Source: Anthoceros angustus (lineage: Eukaryota; Plantae; Anthocerotophyta). From it: a stretch of 64,000 nt of DNA. Shown here piece by piece: positions 62,573-64,000 of this stretch. Numbering within the stretch: the first letter of the stretch is position 1; each line of letters opens with the position of its first letter. The notes under the pieces are model-generated. The model had not been told where the DNA came from. It made no database searches and saw only the letters and a program-made list of their open reading frames with translations. Both the position numbers and the translations under genes were made by a program. The stretch is from contig MU008152.1 in NCBI GenBank assembly GCA_010909165.1, positions 572,689 to 636,688 of the forward strand, given 5' to 3'.

Positions 62573-64000
62573 CATGATAATTTTGAAGGGGTGAATAATC
62601 TCGAAGGGGTTTTCATAAATAATCTACGAAGGGGTTATTGATGGGCCCTAAAGCAGTTTTGAAGGCATTCGGCTCCAGAAAAAAGGTGTCACCGATAAAG
62701 TTACTACTTTCCATCCGGCAATGTTTGTGTCGAATGGTGGTCAAACTCGAACCTCAGGAATAATGCAAAGTAGGAGCGGTGAGGCCGTTCTGCCGGGAAG
62801 GGACGGTACATAAACTTCGATTTTGGGAGGAAAATGTGGTTTTGTTATGACACCACAAAAGCCATGGACGTATTTCCCTAACACGGTAACATCGGACTTA
62901 CAACATTAACTCGGGACCCGGGAAAAAAGCAGATTTCAGTTTCCTCATCCCGAGTTCAATCCTTCGTCATCACTTGGTCCGACTTCTCCTCCATTGTCAT
63001 CATTATCTTCAACGGCACTTTGACTCGAGGTTGTATTAAGCCACAACTCATGAGCTTATCCCTTATCGCACCACATCTGAGATGTTTTAGGAGGAGTACC
63101 CTCTACACTCGACCAAATCTTGGCTCGATTTTGGGCATTTGCTTCTAAGGTTAGCCTTCATTCCAAGGTTGCTTCTAAGGTTAGCCCTGAATTTTCGATG
63201 GAAGTGCCGTCACGAAGTGCGTGGAAGGAGGCCACAATGGGCACGTGGAGGAGGCGGCGGCGGCGCCTGTTCGCTCCACCCGTCGGGCATAAAGGCAGTG
63301 CGGGGAGGGAGGCCGGCCGGCGCCCTCCTACCGCCCGGCCGCGGAGGGGCGCCGGCGGCCCTCCTCGCGCACCACCCGTCGGGGTTCGGTGGTGCAGCGG
63401 AGGGATGGCGGCCGGCCGGGCGCGCCCTCCACCAGTATGCCCGACGGGTGGAGGCGCGAGCAGGCGCCGGCGGCCGCGCCCTCCTCCCGCACCACCCAGG
63501 CGGTGTGGCGTGGAGGGCGGCCGGCCCGGGCGCGCCACCGTTGCCCTCACGGGTGGTTGGCGTAGGGGCGGCGGCCAGCGCCCTCCCTCTGCACCACCAT
63601 CGGTGGGCCCTCTGGGAGTCTTGAGGCGGCGGCGGGCTCCTGCCCCGTCGGTGCGGTGGAGCTAGGAGGCGCCGGCCGGCCCGGTCTCCAGTGCACTGCT
63701 CATGGGCGCCGGCGGCGCCCTCCCCTAACACACACCATGTGGGCGGCCGGGCCCCCAACACGCCACTACCTTGGGCGCGGCCGGCGCCTCCCCTAACACA
63801 CCACCCATGGGGCCGGCGGCGTCCTCCCCTAACCACCCACCATGTCGCCGTTCGTGCGCCCTCCCCTTGCCCATGGCGCAGGCCGCCCCCCCACTGCCCT
63901 CCTTGGGCGCCGGCCGGCCCCCCCAACACACCATGCCTTGGCCATGGGCCGGCCGGCGCCCTCCCCTGCCCTACCCTTGGGCGCAGGCGCCCTCCTCCTC
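62573..64000. mobile_element. Second copy of the GC-rich TIR element (runs off the right edge)
   Basis: Starts CATGATAATTTTGAAGGGGTGAATAATCTCG and is colinear with 41716-43270. Confidence 0.88.

Overview
This is a eukaryotic, transposon-dense window, probably from a seedless land plant. That host call is inference from Athila-like PBS/integrase motifs, a CACTA-like end and 66-88 bp introns; the species cannot be determined. The sequence is indel-rich, with signs of read-correction or assembly artefacts and one N at 47718, so 'pseudogene' calls may reflect base errors. Contents, left to right: (1) a partial minus-strand ORF running off the left edge and several small tandem repeats; (2) a 25.9-kb minus-strand Ty3/gypsy tandem (LTR-internal-LTR-internal-LTR, 5447-31337) bounded by one GTCAT target-site duplication (TSD), whose ~4.4-kb LTRs each carry a ~3.4-kb sense ORF inside U3, and which splits a degenerate MULE-like ORF; (3) a second gypsy pol whose integrase ends in a PHD finger (31981-34420); (4) four copies or fragments, in both orientations, of an intron-containing Crypton/DUF3504-like tyrosine-recombinase element (35.9-62.3 kb); (5) a 2.4-kb TIR element with a GC-rich core, present twice; (6) a CACTA-like end; (7) a GNA-triloop DNA hairpin cluster next to an orphan multi-exon gene. 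The best candidates for new biology are the Crypton-like element, the LTR-encoded protein and the PHD-integrase.
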